Shown one piece after another: positions 62,465-64,000 of a DNA stretch of 64,000 nucleotides; within the stretch, counting starts at the first letter, position 1, and every line of letters starts with the position of its first letter. Below the pieces are notes generated by a model. The model was not told where the DNA came from and ran no database searches. It worked only from the letters and a program-made list of their open reading frames with translations. Position numbers and translations under genes: made by a program. The stretch is from an uncultured Chloroflexia bacterium (GTDB taxonomy: Bacteria > Chloroflexota > Limnocylindria > Limnocylindrales > CSP1-4): assembly GCA_963768655.1 (NCBI GenBank), contig CAVYIM010000006.1:1-64000 (forward strand), written 5' to 3'.

Positions 62465-62991
62465 GCGCGGACAAGGGTGCGCGCGGCGGCCCTGCCGCGC
62501 CCGGCGTCACCAACGTCGTCCTCGCCGGCCTCGGCGGCCAGGGCGTCATCAAGGCTTCGGACATCCTGGCCGATGCCGCGCTTCGGGCCGGCTTCGACGT
62601 CAAGAAGGCCGAGGTCCACGGCATGAGCCAGCGCGGCGGCTCGGTCACCTCCGATGTCCGCTTCGGGCGCAAAGTGCTCTCGCCGATGGTGCCGCCGGGC
62701 GAGGCCGACTTCCTCCTGGTCCTCGAGCCGTCCGAGGTCGAGGTCACGCGGCCGCTGCTCCGTCCCGGCGGTGTGCTTCTCGCCCCGGATCTCGTCTCGG
62801 ACGCGCAGCTACCGAACAAGCGCAGCCTGAACGTCGCGCTGCTCGGGGCCCTCAGCCAGTACCTGGATCTGCCGGCGGAGGCGCTCCTCGACGCCGTTCG
62901 CGCCGCCCTGCCGGCCCGGCTCCATCGCGTCAACGAGCAGGCCTTCGCACTCGGCCAAAAACTCGCCGCGCGGCAGGGCACAATCCGCTAG
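62461..62991 (+). CDS. iorB: indolepyruvate ferredoxin oxidoreductase beta subunit
   Basis: GLGGQGVI, EVHGMSQRGGSV. Confidence 0.9.
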   Translation: MSADKGARGGPAAPGVTNVVLAGLGGQGVIKASDILADAALRAGFDVKKAEVHGMSQRGGSVTSDVRFGRKVLSPMVPPGEADFLLVLEPSEVEVTRPLLRPGGVLLAPDLVSDAQLPNKRSLNVALLGALSQYLDLPAEALLDAVRAALPARLHRVNEQAFALGQKLAARQGTIR

Positions 62992-63054
62992 TCGGGAGCC
63001 CGACCGTCCGGGCCACCCGCCGGGGCAGTGACCCCGCCGTCAGAGGAGGCCGCG

Positions 63055-64000
63055 GTGAGCGCCTGGAACGATCCGCCGGGTGGGTTCCACCCTGTCAGCA
63101 CGCCCGACTATCTGCCCCGTCCGCAGCTGCTGGCGATCCAGCTGCAACGGCTCCAGTCGGTCGTCACCCGCGCCTACGACCGCGTGCCGCTGTTCCGGTC
63201 GCGGATGGAGGAGCGGCAGCTCACGCCCGCCTCGATCCGCTCGCTGGCCGACATCGCGCGGCTGCCGTTCACGGTCAAGGCCGACCTGCGCGACACGTAT
63301 CCCTTCGGCCTGTTCGCCAGCCCGATGGAGGAGATCGTCCGTCTCCACGCATCCTCGGGCACCACCGGGAAGCCGATCGTGGTCGCCTACACCCAGTCCG
63401 ACCTCGACGTCTGGACCGAGGTCATGGTCCGCAGCTTCGCGGCCTGCGGGATCCACCGCGGCGACGTCATCCAGAACGCTTACGGCTACGGGCTGTTCAC
63501 CGGCGGCCTGGGCATGCACTACGGCGGAGAGTCGCTGGGCGCGACCGTCATCCCGATCAGCGGCGGCAACACCGAACGCCAACTCATGGTCATGCAGGAC
63601 TTCGGCGTCACGGCGCTGTGCTGCACGCCGAGCTACTTCCTCTATCTCCTCGAATCCGCGAAGGAGATGAAGATCGACTTCTCGCGTCTGCGGGTCGGCG
63701 TCTTCGGGGCCGAGCCTTGGAGCGAGGCGATGCGCGATCGCATCCAGGCCGAGAGCGGCATCCGCGCCCACGACATCTACGGTCTCTCGGAGATCATCGG
63801 TCCCGGCGTGGGCATCGAGTGCTCGCGCCAGCACGGCCTCCACGTCTTCGAGGATCACTTCTACCCGGAGATCATCGATCCCGACACGGGCGAGGTGCTG
63901 CCCGACGGCGGCGAGGGCGAGCTGGTCCTGACGACGCTGTCCAAGCAGGCGATGCCGATGATCAGGTATCGAACCCGGGACGTGACCTCGATCATGGCCG
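63055..64000 (+). CDS. paaK: phenylacetate-CoA ligase family protein (runs off window)
   Basis: GTG 63055 after GAGGAGG; [49 protein letters not shown]. Confidence 0.9.
   Translation, partial: MSAWNDPPGGFHPVSTPDYLPRPQLLAIQLQRLQSVVTRAYDRVPLFRSRMEERQLTPASIRSLADIARLPFTVKADLRDTYPFGLFASPMEEIVRLHASSGTTGKPIVVAYTQSDLDVWTEVMVRSFAACGIHRGDVIQNAYGYGLFTGGLGMHYGGESLGATVIPISGGNTERQLMVMQDFGVTALCCTPSYFLYLLESAKEMKIDFSRLRVGVFGAEPWSEAMRDRIQAESGIRAHDIYGLSEIIGPGVGIECSRQHGLHVFEDHFYPEIIDPDTGEVLPDGGEGELVLTTLSKQAMPMIRYRTRDVTSIMA

Overview
This is a very GC-rich bacterial chromosome segment. The gene repertoire and style suggest Chloroflexota, possibly Ca. Limnocylindria (inference only). Most of it is housekeeping: parAB with an upstream DnaA-box cluster, methylmalonyl-CoA mutase/epimerase, sucCD, icd-sdhCDAB, rnhA, ppk2, RNase P RNA, a dcw cluster (mraZ to ftsZ, yggS, yggU; murE and murC absent), tRNA-Val(CAC), iorAB and a paaK-like gene. 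Frameshifts clustered in sdhA, sdhB, rnhA and sucD are most likely sequencing errors. The main finding is a ~8.5 kb minus-strand block (51.5-60.1 kb) with two fluoride (crcB-motif) riboswitch candidates. One precedes enolase, a hypothetical gene and DUF6062. The other has a clear overlapping intrinsic terminator and precedes a translationally coupled operon: NUDIX hydrolase, MoxR AAA+ ATPase, DUF58, a DUF4129 membrane protein and a degenerate pyrophosphatase-like fusion. No Fluc/CrcB or CLC-F exporter lies in the window. Other notable items are a degenerate HTH-MNT/HEPN pair coupled to tag with SOS-box-like operators, a DUF2089/DUF4097/SHOCT-like operon with twin palindromic operators, a dispersed ~100-127 bp repeat with covarying base pairs, a ligand-deficient hemerythrin next to a sigma28-type MCP, and a small ORF inserted between rsmH and ftsL. 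All family calls come from motif recognition by eye; no database searches were run.
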